DNA of 37,166 nucleotides from Stramenopiles sp. TOSAG23-2 (Eukaryota): NCBI GenBank assembly GCA_900128395.1, contig LT649330.1, positions 1 to 37,166 of the forward strand, read 5' to 3'. Shown piece by piece: positions 27,729 to 37,166 of this stretch (position 1 is its first letter; each line of letters starts with the position of its first letter). The notes under the pieces were generated by a model. It saw only the letters and a program-made list of their open reading frames with translations, ran no database searches and was not told where the DNA came from. The position numbers and the translations under genes were made by a program.

Positions 27729-29177
27729 CTACAAATAATATTCTCTTCTTCTTCGCCTATTTCTTCTTCTACCCTCTCGTCGAACTGGCATCCAAGAATT
27801 TGGTATGTTACGCTGAACAATAGACAGATCAACTTGCTTGCATCCTCGCAGGTTTAAATGCTTAAAATTCAAATGGCCAATACTGTTCACGATGCCATCT
27901 GTGGTTAATAATAGACATGATTCTGCTATCAATACTTGTAAATACCTCAACTTAGATAATGAATATAATGCATTGTCAGATAATTTTGCATATGAGACAT
28001 CGATTAGTTTTAAACTTTTGCAATTTTCTACAAAGATTGACATTGTATTGTCACTCATCAAGGCTCCCAAATCTCGCAAAATTAATTGTTCCAGTTTGCA
28101 ACATGTTTTTCCAACATTTAACAAATGTCCGTGGACACAAGCACGTTTTAAGCCAGATAGATTTAATGATTTTAAATTTGTTAACCTATTGCTGATGATA
28201 GACAGAGCATCATCATCCATTGCTGTGCAGTTGCTTATATCCAATGATTCTACCATGTCATGATTTTCTATTGACATTAATATTGATGATGTTAAACGTA
28301 CACACTCGCTGAGGACTAACTTTTTTAAATGCATCGATTTTTTTAAAAGCGGCGATAATCCATCATTACTAATTAATGAACATCCGCTTAAATTTAATGT
28401 AGTAATTAAATTTGATTCAGTAGAAAATTTCTCATTTAACAATATTAAATGGCGGTTTTTAATTGATGCATTTGATAATCGAAAATCTAATAAACGAATA
28501 TTTGTATAATTTAACAGTGAAACATTTTCATCTGATGCTATCAAAGACTGCTCATCATGTTGTTTTGACAAAAATTGAGACGTAAACCACATACTACCTT
28601 TTGGTGAGGTTAAATCTCCATTGTAATTTATATATTTAACATCTTCCAAACTTTGGTTCCAAATTTTACAAACGCAAGCAATATTTATACAATAAATCGC
28701 TTCGGAGAGGGATAATGAAACATTTCTATTTCGGCTCTCGAGATTATAATTATCTTTCATCAGTTTATTGCTGTATTTTTTCACTAAATCATATGAGAAA
28801 GGAATCATGACTAAATTTGTAATTGAACGAATTTTAAGTCCAATCTCAAAATTATTCATATTATTACTATTATTATTATTGTTTTTTCCGCCTCCTCCTT
28901 CTTGATTATCATTATATGCAACTTTACTTTCATTTGTAATACCACTACGCAGTAATGTACTACCAATAAATGCACTTGGTATGACAAGACGCACTTGATC
29001 AGCGTATAATAAAATATCAAATAATATTTCTATTGGCAATTCTTTTATGAAAGTGTTAAATGTAGATTCTTCTTCAATATCTTTTTCCTCAAAATTATTA
29101 TTATCACTATTCATTTTTTCCATAGTACCATTCAAATCATTATCTTTTGCTATCCGTCGCGACATTTTCCCACCCAT
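27729..29177 (-). CDS. F-box/LRR (FBXL-like) protein, 482 aa
   Basis: IKELPIEILFDILLY and IACVCKIWNQ F-box-like halves; cysteine-containing LRRs (TTLNLSGCSLIS, SLDISNCTAMDD, HLNLRGCKQV). Confidence 0.85.
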   Translation of the reverse strand: MGGKMSRRIAKDNDLNGTMEKMNSDNNNFEEKDIEEESTFNTFIKELPIEILFDILLYADQVRLVIPSAFIGSTLLRSGITNESKVAYNDNQEGGGGKNNNNNSNNMNNFEIGLKIRSITNLVMIPFSYDLVKKYSNKLMKDNYNLESRNRNVSLSLSEAIYCINIACVCKIWNQSLEDVKYINYNGDLTSPKGSMWFTSQFLSKQHDEQSLIASDENVSLLNYTNIRLLDFRLSNASIKNRHLILLNEKFSTESNLITTLNLSGCSLISNDGLSPLLKKSMHLKKLVLSECVRLTSSILMSIENHDMVESLDISNCTAMDDDALSIISNRLTNLKSLNLSGLKRACVHGHLLNVGKTCCKLEQLILRDLGALMSDNTMSIFVENCKSLKLIDVSYAKLSDNALYSLSKLRYLQVLIAESCLLLTTDGIVNSIGHLNFKHLNLRGCKQVDLSIVQRNIPNSWMPVRREGRRRNRRRRREYYL

Positions 29178-29627
29178 CTTTTTTTATAATAATTTACTTC
29201 TTTTTTTTTTTTTTTAACAAACACGTTTCTGTTTTATATATTTATATCTATCATGTATATATATGGTAACCTATATATCATACGAGGATATTATATCTCT
29301 TCTATATTACATTTTCGTGCATAAATATAAAGATTCTTCTTCACATCATTATTGGGGCTCTTCTTGTCATATTTTGTGTTTTGTATTATATTGTACTTAT
29401 TACAGTACCAAAAATAATCACCTATATCATCGCCATTTTCACATTTTTCAAATAGTATATATATATTAGATATACAATGATGTCTAAAATATGAAATAGC
29501 AACAATACAAAAAGATGTAAATGTAAAAAAACATTTTTTCATACACTTTTATCATCAACATCAACTTTATGAGACGCGCTATGTGTATTACATCTACCTT
29601 TATTTACACTAACGATATATAGCACAT

Positions 29628-30476
29628 TTAGCTAAAACTGAGAATGCATCTCCATCCACGAAAACCGTTATTTGAAACTAATTTCTGTGTTCTCCTAAAT
29701 TCAGTACCATATAAATGACTCAAATAGACACTGATGTTTCCAGGCACATTGACTATTGTATCTTCCCCACAATAATTCAATTGTTTAAATGGTTTTAATA
29801 CTGATGCTGGCACATCACGTTTATATCGATCTCGTACAAAGCCAATATTTTGTACCATTTTTATCTTCCCCCAGTACGTTTTTTCTTTATGTGCATAAAA
29901 ATCGATATTATATTCACCAGCTGGATATGCATCAATTATATTATCATTACCATTTTCTGTTAATGGCTTGAAAAATACTTTCATAGCTACAACACCAAAA
30001 TCATCTGGTATTTCAACTCTTATATTCAATTCCTTCGATTTTTCGATTAAAATTTTTTCTATATCTTCAAGATCGTCAGACATTATACATATATCATCAT
30101 CAATTTCCCAAGGCATAGGCTTCCCATTATCTCTATATGCCGCTAATGCAGATCCATAACATAACCAAGATTCAAAATTGTTATTTTTCAAAATTTGAAT
30201 AATGTCTTTCATTAAATTACATTGTCGATGAACCTGCACTTCAGTGCGATGACACCAGTTACCATTATACGACATGTTCATTCCATATATTAATCCAATA
30301 CAAGTTGCAACAATTCCAACCATAAAAAGTAATCTTAAATATGTATTTTGATTCTTTACAAAATCAGTTGAAATATATTTTCCAACATCATTATCGTCAG
30401 CAGCCTCTACATCTTTTTGGTCGTTGTAATTATTTTTATCTTTATTATTACGTTGTCTTCTTTTCATATTCGACAT
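29628..30476 (-). CDS. LicD/fukutin-family phosphotransferase, type II membrane protein, 282 aa
   Basis: WLCYGSALAAYRDNGKPMPWEIDDDICI, IDFY and VPGNISVYLSHLYG motifs; single N-proximal TM; ATG at 30476. Confidence 0.88.
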   Translation of the reverse strand: MSNMKRRQRNNKDKNNYNDQKDVEAADDNDVGKYISTDFVKNQNTYLRLLFMVGIVATCIGLIYGMNMSYNGNWCHRTEVQVHRQCNLMKDIIQILKNNNFESWLCYGSALAAYRDNGKPMPWEIDDDICIMSDDLEDIEKILIEKSKELNIRVEIPDDFGVVAMKVFFKPLTENGNDNIIDAYPAGEYNIDFYAHKEKTYWGKIKMVQNIGFVRDRYKRDVPASVLKPFKQLNYCGEDTIVNVPGNISVYLSHLYGTEFRRTQKLVSNNGFRGWRCILSFS

Positions 30477-31011
30477 TTTAAAAGAAGCTTTCTCTTTTTT
30501 TAATAAAAAAATATATATGAATCCTCTTTCTATATTTATCAAATTAATAGATGGGTGAATATGTATTCAACGGTGTTTTTATTTTACTTTTTATTAATAT
30601 TCTTGATTGTTTGGTATGTGCGTAATGCAACTTGAATAATAACAAACTACTTAGTGCCTTATAAAAAAATAATAATAATGGCAAAATGTATTGTATGTAT
30701 GTTAAATGTATACAATCATTTTTTTAAGGTTGGATTATTGGTGGAAGCCCTGTTATATTCGTATGTGCTACCAGGTATAATATTTATTGAAAAAAATGAA
30801 TTATTGAAAATTTATTAAATGTGATTATGACACACCCACACTCCTCACTCTCTTTCAAGCTAAATCCTCCAAACATCTTTTTATTTCTCTTTATATATAT
30901 CTTGTATTCTTTATATATTAATTTTTAAACATATATTCATGAATATATATGTTTTATTATTAAAATGCATTATTAAACATTTGCTACATTTGATGTATTG
31001 ATAATGTAAAA

Positions 31012-32679
31012 TTATTGAATTTTAACTCGGCTAGTATCACCTTTTGATTCTTCAATATTATTATTACCGAATTTACGTTTCTTTGCCAATTGAGTTGCTT
31101 TACTTCTTGCTACTTGTAATGCAATTTGACCAGCAGATTTCGTTCTGTTTTCCAACAACATGTAGTTTTCACTTGGTAAACCTATACATGCACGCATGAT
31201 ATTTGCAATAGCTTGTCTTTGTGGAAACAATGCATTGACAACAGGTGTGCCAGGTGGTACCATTGGTGCTTTCAAAAGAAAACTTAATAAGGAAAGTACA
31301 GAATGCATTTTTTCAAATTTAGCATTTTCAACATTTTCTTTCATTGAAATACGCTCGCTAAATTCTGCCAATACAATCAAATCCAAGATAAGCGGTGCAG
31401 CCAACAACGAATCCTCGCATGTATTATGCATGGAAATGGTATTTTTTCCACCCATGAAAATTTCACTGGTGTATTCATCCAATGCACGTTTGCTATCGCC
31501 AACATATGGAACGTATTTAATAACAACAGTATGATCTGGATGCTCACCAGGGGCAAACATGATGCCATTACTAGCAACCATGTCATCAACAACATTGCTT
31601 TTGGAGATTTCCTTTGAACGAAATTGCTTTGGTGCACTTAAATTTTTACCATCGTTATTACCAAGATGGTTGTAACTTACAATGCTTACCGGTTTGATAC
31701 CAGACGATACAAGGAAGTCAACAAGTACACTTTTCATTTTCGTTTGTCCAGATTTGAAATCATCACCACCAATGAAAATATTTTTCTCTTCTGCAAGTTC
31801 AACACATCCTGGGACAAATGTATTTTGTGGGGAACCATTGATGTACGTACATCCTTCTAAAATAGACGCAACGGCAAATAATGTTGATGGAGCAACTTCG
31901 CTATGTCCAGTTTTAATGGCAGCTAATAAATTTGCAGAGGTATCATTCACACCTTCAATAATATCAGCAAAACGTTCCGTATTTGCAGACCACAATACAA
32001 TGACTTTATCAAGTCCATTGGTAGATTTAAACGTACGGATATCGTTACGTAAATGGTCCATTTGTTCTTGAATGGAACCAGTCAAAACATTATCAGCACG
32101 ATCTTCTTGGTTTGCAGCAATGAAATCTTTGACATAAACGGATGGCATAGGTTTCAATTTTTGCAGGTGTGGATACAATTTTTTTTGTAAATCGTATTCA
32201 AATACACCAGCACGTTTCATAGCATCGCCTAAGTTCATAGATGAAATATCCCAACCACCAACAACAAGATCTTGTGGTGCTACTAATGGTACCATACTGT
32301 TCATTGGAACGAAGATATCATTGCCTTCTTGGTCAATGCCAAGTTTGCATGTGGAAGCTTGCGTGATTGAACCTAAGAAATCAGGTTTTCTCTCACCTTC
32401 TTTGGTATTCCATGTTATACCAAGTTTATGAGCAAGCAAACCACCAGTAACGGTGGTGCCGTTGTTACCGCCGAGGCCAACAATAAGTACACCAGTTTTT
32501 GGTACTTTCCTTTCCGTTTTAAAAACATATTCAGTTTTTTTTGGGCGAACGGTTAAACTTGTACCGTTGCGTATGACTTCAGAAGTTTCATACATGTAAT
32601 TTGATAATATTGCATCTTGCGTATAAGTAACCTTATCGCTTTCAACAACAAAAGTATCATTTGTAAATTGATAAGTCAT
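31012..32679 (-). CDS. INO1: Myo-inositol-1-phosphate synthase (inositol-3-phosphate synthase), 555 aa
   Basis: Diagnostic motifs [61 protein letters not shown]. Confidence 0.99.
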   Translation of the reverse strand: MTYQFTNDTFVVESDKVTYTQDAILSNYMYETSEVIRNGTSLTVRPKKTEYVFKTERKVPKTGVLIVGLGGNNGTTVTGGLLAHKLGITWNTKEGERKPDFLGSITQASTCKLGIDQEGNDIFVPMNSMVPLVAPQDLVVGGWDISSMNLGDAMKRAGVFEYDLQKKLYPHLQKLKPMPSVYVKDFIAANQEDRADNVLTGSIQEQMDHLRNDIRTFKSTNGLDKVIVLWSANTERFADIIEGVNDTSANLLAAIKTGHSEVAPSTLFAVASILEGCTYINGSPQNTFVPGCVELAEEKNIFIGGDDFKSGQTKMKSVLVDFLVSSGIKPVSIVSYNHLGNNDGKNLSAPKQFRSKEISKSNVVDDMVASNGIMFAPGEHPDHTVVIKYVPYVGDSKRALDEYTSEIFMGGKNTISMHNTCEDSLLAAPLILDLIVLAEFSERISMKENVENAKFEKMHSVLSLLSFLLKAPMVPPGTPVVNALFPQRQAIANIMRACIGLPSENYMLLENRTKSAGQIALQVARSKATQLAKKRKFGNNNIEESKGDTSRVKIQ

Positions 32680-33417
32680 ATTTTGTAATTTGTTTGTTTT
32701 TTGAGCTATATGCTAAAGAATATGATCGCAGTTGCCGTCTTCGTAGACCCCTGCAGATTGATTTTTATTACCCGTGGTTGTTTTGATAGTCTTGTGCGGT
32801 GACAAGACAAAGTTCACAGGTTTATATTATAATTATTTGATTTTTTAACTTTGTTTGTTGTTAATTTTGTTTAGTTTTAATCTATCTCTTTCTGTTTGTG
32901 CGTTTGATATTCAACCTTTCCTAAATCTCTAATTAATATATATATGTGCATATTGAGAAGAAGAAATTTATGCAACTCCAGGCCTTACCAGGTACCATGT
33001 AGCAGGCCCTAAGTTTGGACTAAGGCAGGCACACCAGCACACTATAATAAAAAATAATTGATGGTTATAAAGGCCGAAGGAAGATTTCCGTCCAGGATTT
33101 CTCATCATGCTGAAATACATGCAAATACGTGTTATTTAATATTGTGTGACGAAGCAATGTGGCCTGGAAAATTCTTGAAGAAAAAATCAGCAAAACCTTA
33201 AAATTGGTGCTTTATTATCTTTGTCCAATATACACCCATATACTGGCATATATACATTTATTGAATATTTAACTATCATTCTTTTCGGCACTTCGCGGCG
33301 TTCGAACATGTCGAAAGTAAAAAAGAAACAAACAAACAACATTCTACAAGAAATTTAATTCTCTTGTTTCTATAATATATATATATATATATTGTAAGTG
33401 TGTGTGTGAAGTACGCG

Positions 33418-35877
33418 ATGCCAAAAAGCAAAAGGGAATCATCCAGGGTAAGACGAAAGCCGGAACGTTTATCAATATCAAAGCCGGAACAATTATCAAA
33501 ACGTAAAATAATAATTGGATACTATTTGCGTTCATTATGGCTTACCAATTCGTTTGTTTTATTTTGTTTAGCATTTCAAATTCGTGAATTATTAGGTCCT
33601 AATGGTGTCTTGAGTGCAGAGAAATTAATGGAAAAAGTTAAATTTACTACTCCTAGTAATTCCATATATGAACAATTTTTGTTGTATCCAACAATTTTTT
33701 TATTTATTGGTATTTCAGATAATATTTTGTTATTAACTTGTATTATTGGTTCAATTTTATCATTTGTTGCTACCATTATTGGCGGAACGTTTGGAAAAAT
33801 AACATCCACGATTTCTGCATTTCTTTTATTATCGATTATTGTTGTTGGTGGGGATTTTTGTCAATTTCCATGGGACTTTTTACTGTTAGAAGCACATTTT
33901 ATCGCAGTTTTTCTACCAACAATCAAAAATATAAGAAATGGTATTGGCGCAACAAAGGAACCATCTGAAATACCATTGTTAGCTACACATTTCTTATTAT
34001 TTCGATTTATGTGGGCCATGGGTATTGAAAAATTACCATTTATTAATAATGAGAAAGAGTGGGAAGAGTTAACGTTTCTGCGTCGTTTTTATGAGACGGA
34101 ACAACCATTACCAACAGCAGCATCATGGTTATTAACGAAATTACCAATGGAATTTCATAAAGCTAGTGCACTATTTACATGGTTTGTTGAAATATTAATT
34201 CCATTGCTAATATTTTTATCTCCAAAATGGCAATATGTATCAGCGATTTTTCAATGTATTTTAATGATTGCTATACATATTGCTGGTAATTATGCGACGT
34301 TTCAAGTGATTAGTATTGTTTTAATGATACCATTGTTAACAGATTCGCATATATCAAAAAGTAATAATACAGATAGTAACGCAGAAGGAGATGAGGAAGA
34401 TACGACGACAAGTACAAGTAAAACTTTCCTTCGCATGATTTTTAATACAACATGTGATGCTGTATTGATTATTCATGGGACATTTGGTGTTTTTTATTTA
34501 ATTCGAATATTTGAACCTTCAGGCTTAGCTTATTTAGGCAATGCAAATTGGTTATATTCCAGCAATATTACTAGTAGTATAGAAGGTATTGAAAATACTA
34601 TAAAACAAATGGTAGTAAATTCAACATTTAATACTACATCTAATAATGATATAAATATACATGTAAATACGTTGATACCATCCATTGCGTTAAGTTTCAT
34701 GAAATTGTTGCATCCATTTCGTATCGTAAATCAATATGGTGGTATATTTCATGATACATTTGATCATGAAGGTCATGTTGCACTGGTCTTTCAAGGTTCA
34801 GCGGATGGTATTGTTTGGAAAGATTATACGTTGAAATATTCGATCCAACATGAAGCTTCATTTCCACAGTTTTTTGCTCCATGGATGCCACGTTTGGATC
34901 ATGCTGCATTTTATGAAGGTACTCGAGTGCCATTTTATTTCATTCAACCTAGTAATCCATTCTATCATCAAGGTAATTCATGGATGTTGAGTTTGGTAAA
35001 TATGTTGTTAAATGGAAATTCAAATGCGTTGCATTTTTTTTCTACAAATCCATTTGAACAACAGAATCCTTTGAATAGACCAAAATATGTCCGTGTAATG
35101 GCACGTAGTTATAAATTTTCAACATATGATGACTTGAAAAATAATAATAATTGGTTTAAAAAAATATCAGAACATGTACATTTACCAACAGTACAAAATT
35201 GTGGTGTATCAGAAAGCGCATGTGCCATGAAAAATTGTCGGTCTGTGTTGGAATATTACTTTCATTCCGATTATGATTATGTTCAACATGCTTTTAAAAC
35301 AGCGATGGAATCGTGTTTTGTACCGACCTTGTCTAACGAGAATTTGAATGCAATATGGCAGATTAATGAAATTGATGTATTATTAGCAACAGAACTTCTT
35401 CCACTTTCGTATCGTCGCACTATTTTAGATTGGATGAAAAGGAGATATTGTACAATAAATAATCGTAATAATTATGGCCTAGAAATGTGTCAAGCATTTA
35501 AAAATAACTCTGATCTAATACCTATTGATCTACGAACTATTGCAGTTTTAACTGAGTCTGAAATATTAATTGATGATACTGTTAAAAACCTTGTAAAACA
35601 ATACAACATTCAAAGACGACGATCAGTTGTAAAATTAGAAACATGCTTAAAGGATATATACACAGTGTTCCAGTCCGGTGATGCAAATGAAAATGGTTTA
35701 TTAGATTTTGAAGAAAGTGTTTTTATATTCGCAGCTGCTGGTACTAACAATCCAGACCTAATGGCAACTTATTTGTTTGAAAAATATAGTGATAAGCAGA
35801 TTAGGGATGGGATTACTTTTAAAAGTCTCTTGACGAATCATAGATTTCTGCAAGAACATTGTGATCAATTTCTATAA
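33418..35877 (+). CDS. Lipase maturation factor (LMF) family membrane protein with C-terminal EF-hand extension, 819 aa
   Basis: QIRELLGPNGVL, FPWDFLLLEAHF, LLFRFMWAMGIEKL, YETEQPLPT, GNYATF, FRIVNQYG, FFAPWMPRLD, PKYVRV..YKFST; EF loop DANENGLLDFEE. ATG 33418. Confidence 0.92.
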   Translation: MPKSKRESSRVRRKPERLSISKPEQLSKRKIIIGYYLRSLWLTNSFVLFCLAFQIRELLGPNGVLSAEKLMEKVKFTTPSNSIYEQFLLYPTIFLFIGISDNILLLTCIIGSILSFVATIIGGTFGKITSTISAFLLLSIIVVGGDFCQFPWDFLLLEAHFIAVFLPTIKNIRNGIGATKEPSEIPLLATHFLLFRFMWAMGIEKLPFINNEKEWEELTFLRRFYETEQPLPTAASWLLTKLPMEFHKASALFTWFVEILIPLLIFLSPKWQYVSAIFQCILMIAIHIAGNYATFQVISIVLMIPLLTDSHISKSNNTDSNAEGDEEDTTTSTSKTFLRMIFNTTCDAVLIIHGTFGVFYLIRIFEPSGLAYLGNANWLYSSNITSSIEGIENTIKQMVVNSTFNTTSNNDINIHVNTLIPSIALSFMKLLHPFRIVNQYGGIFHDTFDHEGHVALVFQGSADGIVWKDYTLKYSIQHEASFPQFFAPWMPRLDHAAFYEGTRVPFYFIQPSNPFYHQGNSWMLSLVNMLLNGNSNALHFFSTNPFEQQNPLNRPKYVRVMARSYKFSTYDDLKNNNNWFKKISEHVHLPTVQNCGVSESACAMKNCRSVLEYYFHSDYDYVQHAFKTAMESCFVPTLSNENLNAIWQINEIDVLLATELLPLSYRRTILDWMKRRYCTINNRNNYGLEMCQAFKNNSDLIPIDLRTIAVLTESEILIDDTVKNLVKQYNIQRRRSVVKLETCLKDIYTVFQSGDANENGLLDFEESVFIFAAAGTNNPDLMATYLFEKYSDKQIRDGITFKSLLTNHRFLQEHCDQFL

Positions 35878-36326
35878 ATAGAGAAAGGAGGAGAGAGTGT
35901 GTGCGAAGTTAAACAAATATGTAGTTACGAGTTTATACAATACATAGTATAACACTATTTACCATTACATCGCGCATATTTTGACAAAAATTTTACTAAA
36001 AGTAGTATTTTTGACGTAAATTCTTATATTTCATAGTTTTGATGATGGATTTTTCATTTCATTACATGAAAACAAAGGAAAAACATTGAAAATACCTTTT
36101 TAAACTTAGGCTCCACTAGTATACCATTTTTCCTATCAATTGGCAAAATAATTTTGACATTTCACGTTTTCAGAAATTAGGGATAGCAGAATTTCTTGCA
36201 TCAAATTTTTACATTAAAATCTGTACTTCAATAAATTATTAATTTACAGAAATGACAAAACTAATGTATAAAATTCATAGAAATCATGAAATTATAAAAA
36301 TATCCATTTTTTAAAACACAAAAAAC

Positions 36327-36345
36327 NNNNNNNNNNNNNNNNNNN
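36327..36345. other. Assembly gap (19 N) flanked by diverged ~95-bp duplicates
   Basis: aataaattattaatttacagaaatgac...ttaaaacacaaaa occurs on both sides of the N run. Confidence 0.98.
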
Positions 36346-37166
36346 AATAAATTATTAATTTACAGAAATGACTAAAATAAACTATAAAATTCATAGAAAT
36401 CATTAAATTAACAAAATATCCATTTTTTAAAACACAAAATACAACTAAAAATTACATCGTCATTTTAACAATTTCATCATCTTCTTAAAATTACATATAA
36501 ATACCACCAAATATAAAATCATACAAAATATCATATTTTAGATGGAAATATCATTTTTTACATAAATTATAAATATCGTTTTTGGAATATTGAAACCTAT
36601 CAACAATTCAGTATCTTATTTTTGTACTAAATTGTGTAAGACAAAGCCGACACTACAAGTGAAAATCACCTATCAAGTAGAGTTACAGGTATAGGGTTAC
36701 GCCGTTTTTTCAACTTTTAACGGTTATTCAAATATGAAGTAGATACATGAATATTGATATACTTCGTAAAATTATTACTAAGTATATCAAAATTGATCGT
36801 GGATACTTATTTTGCTAAAATCATGTATCAGTATACACAAAAAAGTATCTTTTGTAATTTTCAAATTTTTCATTTTTAGTCCAGCCTATGTACATGCTAA
36901 TTTGAAAAAAAATCATCATTTTGAAAAAAATTCGTTATGTTGTCAGTTTCATTTAAAACATAATTAGATCAAAATATTCATGTACTTCTTTCGTTTAGAC
37001 AGGTGTTAAGAGATGTGTCTTATTTCGAATTAATTTGTAGAAGATTTAGATAGAAAAAATTGACACATTGTATTTTGCTGATATTTCTGAAAATTTTTCA
37101 ATATTTTGGTGATTTTTTGGTCTCTAACCCTAAACTAACCCGATCTTGAAAATCACATATCGGTGT

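Noticed and set aside
1849-29407. TACAGTA/TACTGTA as Tc1/mariner excision footprints
   Set aside because: Several copies are expected by chance in AT-rich DNA, and some lie in coding sequence.
33061-33201. 46-codon ORF between INO1 and the LMF gene
   Set aside because: Too short, no recognisable motif, and cannot be distinguished from chance.
36651-36666. CACTACAAG, and CACTATAATAAAA near 16003, 16139 and 33040, as CACTA transposon ends
   Set aside because: No matching inverted partner or 3-bp TSD found in the window.
37123-37142. ctaaccctaaactaaccc as telomeric repeat
   Set aside because: Only two or three degenerate units and not terminal.
1-37166. Giant virus, nanochromosome or alternative-genetic-code origin
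   Set aside because: No viral hallmark genes or telomere-capped units; a canonical spliceosomal intron is present and all three stop codons terminate conserved genes.

Overview
AT-rich, gene-dense, nearly intronless eukaryotic DNA using the standard genetic code. A heterotrophic marine protist, possibly a stramenopile, is my inference from gene content and is not established. Recognisable genes: INO1/MIPS, cycloeucalenol cycloisomerase (CPI1), a cytochrome b5-fused desaturase-like protein, a LicD/fukutin-like transferase, a lipase maturation factor-like protein with an EF-hand tail, ankyrin, F-box/LRR and FN3 proteins. Also present are a 7TM-LRR-LNR protein, a spliced 2-TM ENaC/DEG-like protein and three orphan secreted proteins. 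The standout is a ~1744-aa secreted protein (16573-21807, minus). It carries four blocks of cationic amphipathic helices (two being tandem 11-mers KKRF[R/K]KVGK[A/V]I), an (RP)13 tail, RRLL/RRSLL/KR candidate processing sites, an acidic spacer and Cys-rich PAN-like modules, and it reads like a polyprotein precursor of antimicrobial-type or other polycationic peptides. Three non-autonomous terminal-inverted-repeat elements are visible: two with TA target duplication (one with its empty site alongside) and one with TTAA. About ten 96-143 bp tandem duplications, mostly at gene ends, look like assembly or haplotype artefacts and distort several ORF ends.
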